Made by a program: the position numbers and the translations under genes | The notes under the pieces: generated by a model | The model's database searches: none | What the model was told of the DNA's origin: nothing | Seen by the model: only the letters and a program-made list of their open reading frames with translations | Source: Macrostomum lignano | Lineage: Eukaryota | Assembly: GCA_002269645.1 (NCBI GenBank) | Contig: NIVC01003105.1 | Span: 55,276 to 119,275, forward strand | Reading direction: 5' to 3' | Length of the DNA: 64,000 bases | Shown: positions 61,912-64,000 of the stretch, one piece after another | Position numbering within the stretch: position 1 is the stretch's first letter | How the letters are laid out: the number at the start of each line of letters is the position of its first letter

Positions 61912-64000
61912 TGTTAGCACTGTGATGAACTTTTATTTATTAGAGAATGCACTTTGCTTAGTAGCCGTCAACGGCTGAGAATCCTATTGATGTCTATGGA
62001 CATTTGTACAGTTCAATTCGGTGGCTTAAAGAGTTGCCAAAATATAATTGAAAAGACCAAGCGTCTGCAGAGTTAAGCCAAAGGCTGAGACTCGATCAAT
62101 TTTCTTACTCGTCCCAAAAAACGAACACTGGCGACGACGGCTGGTCTTATCGAGCCTCTGGAGACAGAAGCCCCAGCGGAAATTGAGCGCTGGTTCCAAC
62201 GCTTCGAAGCAGTTTCCAAGCTGAACAAGTGGGATGACACCGCTCAGAAGTTCGCCCTCATCGCACACCTCGGCAAGAAGGCCTTCGCACTGTTGGCGGA
62301 TGCGCTATTGCCAGATAAGCCTGACGCCAAGACCTACGCTGATCTGAAAACTCAGCTGATCAAGGAGACGAAAGCGGGGAAATCCGAGATTGCATACCGG
62401 TACGCGTTCCATCACCTCAAGCAGGACGACGGCGAAGACGATTCTGCCTACGCAAGAAGGCTGCGACTGGGTTCGGAGAACTGCGGCTTTTCAACGCCGA
62501 ACTGAATGACCGCCTGCGGGACCAATTTATCTTCGGATTGTCGAACAAGGAGATCGTCAGAAAGTTGCTCACAGAGAAACTGAAAGATCTGACGTGGCAA
62601 AAAGTAACTACGGTGGCCAATGCATACGAGGCCGTAAGTCGCGGCGAGAGACAAATCTCTAGAGGCGAAATTCTACATGTCAAGTCAGATTCTCCTTCGA
62701 CATCGAAAGCCCAGAAGCCAGCGTACCAGAAAAGCGACCAGAAGAACGGCCAATTGCGCGAAGTCAAGTGCTTCTGCTGCGGCAAGGAAGGACATACAAA
62801 GGACCAGTGCCACCACCGGGACTAAGACATGCTCAGTGTGGTAAGGTTGGTCATCTTAAAGCAGTTTGCAGGTGCGGACCGAACAAAGGTGGACAACGGC
62901 CTTCAACGAGCAACAAATGGTCACAAGGAGGGACGGCATCCAAGGAGCAGAGTCAGAGCAATCGACGATGCAGCTGATCAAGTCGGGCACATTTTCTCGA
63001 TGATGACGCCGGAAGATGGTCGTGGAAGCAGATGGATAACGCGACATGTAGTAGTCAATGGTACGAAAATCAAGATGCTACTGGACACCGGTCGTGCTCA
63101 ACGTTCGTGTCAAGCTCGGTGTTTCAAAGCCTACTCGAACCAGCAAATATAAGGCCCACAAGCAGACGATTCGCTGCGTATCAAGGGGATCCAGTGCTAG
63201 TGAAAGGCGAAGCTATTGTGAACGCCAAGCTAAACTCAGTAAGTTCCGACCTAACTCTGTTTGTGGTGGACAACCCAAAAGCCGAATCTATCTATGGCCT
63301 AGATTGGATTGCTGCCCTTGAGCCAGACTCTACACTTTTATTAAAAATGTATGGTGCCTGAGGAAGACGGCTCGAATCCTACAACGGCGTGCTCTGTAAA
63401 AAGATTTTCTGTATCATTGGCCATTGAGGCGGGAGCAAAGCCCATCTTTTTAAACCTCGGCAAATTCCATACGGGATTCAGGACGATGTCAAGGCCGAGT
63501 TGAAGAGAATGGAAGAGGCTGGACAGCTCCAGAAGGTGGAATCCAGCGAGTGGGCTACACCATTGTCTGTGTTCGAAAGCAGTCTGGAAAGGTTCGGATT
63601 TGTGGTGACTACAAGGTTACCCTCAACCCACTGCTGAAAGACATGGTGTCAACAACGCCCACAATTGACGAAGTTCTGTCAAAACTAGGCCGTGCCCGCC
63701 GATTCTCTACGTTGGACCTATCAAATGCGTACCTCCAAGTACCGGTGGATGAAGACAGCAGCGTGATGCTGACGTGAGCACTCCGTTCGGCTTATACAGG
63801 CCCACTGCATTGGCATATGGAGTAAAGCAAGCACAGCAATTTTTCAGTCATTCATGGACAGGTTGCTTCTAAACATAGAAGGTGTCATTTCCTACCAAGA
63901 TGAATTCTTGTGTGGGGTTTCAACCAACAGAGTCATGACAACAGACTGTCCAATGTGCTTCGAATTTTAAAGAGAGTGACTGAGCATTAACGAGGAGAAA
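61912..64000 (+). mobile_element. Decayed Ty3/Gypsy LTR retrotransposon (Mag-like): 5' LTR ~61912-62127, PBS 62129-62138, gag with two CCHC knuckles, protease, RT (truncated by the window end)
   Basis: TGTT..AACA LTR ends and PBS TGGCGACGAC. CFCCGKEGHTKDQC plus a second CGKVGHLKAVC; MLLDTG; RICGDYKVTLNP; FSTLDLSNAYLQV; YQDE in place of YxDD. Several frameshifts and stops. Confidence 0.9.

Noticed and set aside
1-64000. rRNA, tRNA, snRNA or spliced-leader RNA genes
   Set aside because: None recognised by eye. The only B-box motifs seen belong to SINE copies. tRNAscan-SE and Infernal/Rfam would be needed to exclude them.

Overview
Eukaryotic, animal-type genomic DNA: GT-AG introns, GC-rich exons, AT-rich intergenic DNA and a degenerate TTAGGG tract. 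The style (Gln/Ala-rich exons, almost every intron filled by a minisatellite) suggests a free-living flatworm such as Macrostomum; that is inference only. I reconstructed these genes by hand from splice sites and reading frame: the last exon of an ER-lumen-type protein ending in DDEL; a 2-exon unknown two-TM protein; SELENOI/EPT1 (7 exons, 397 aa, no selenocysteine); a SPECC1/cytospin-like coiled-coil + CH protein (6 exons, two apparent 1-nt deletions); a candidate small secreted-peptide gene; PDCD4 (4 exons, minus strand); a divergent ITPase (Ham1 family) with a remodelled base-recognition pocket; and a 3-exon GPI-anchored Ly6/uPAR-like protein that the ORF track covers only in part. Mobile DNA includes MULE-like and hAT-like MITEs with target-site duplications (TSDs), nested insertions, a tandem pair of Helentron/HINE-like elements, two tRNA-derived SINEs, a solo LTR, an I-group LINE fragment and a decayed Ty3/Gypsy element. 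The most striking unexplained signals are (i) a different minisatellite in nearly every intron, with unit lengths clustering at 21-23 and 33-35 bp and some carrying arrays of transcription-factor motifs (about 15 perfect AP-1 sites in the PDCD4 intron), and (ii) the altered-specificity ITPase. Most long ORFs in the ORF track are artefacts of tandem repeats. All counts and coordinates are by eye; no searches were run.
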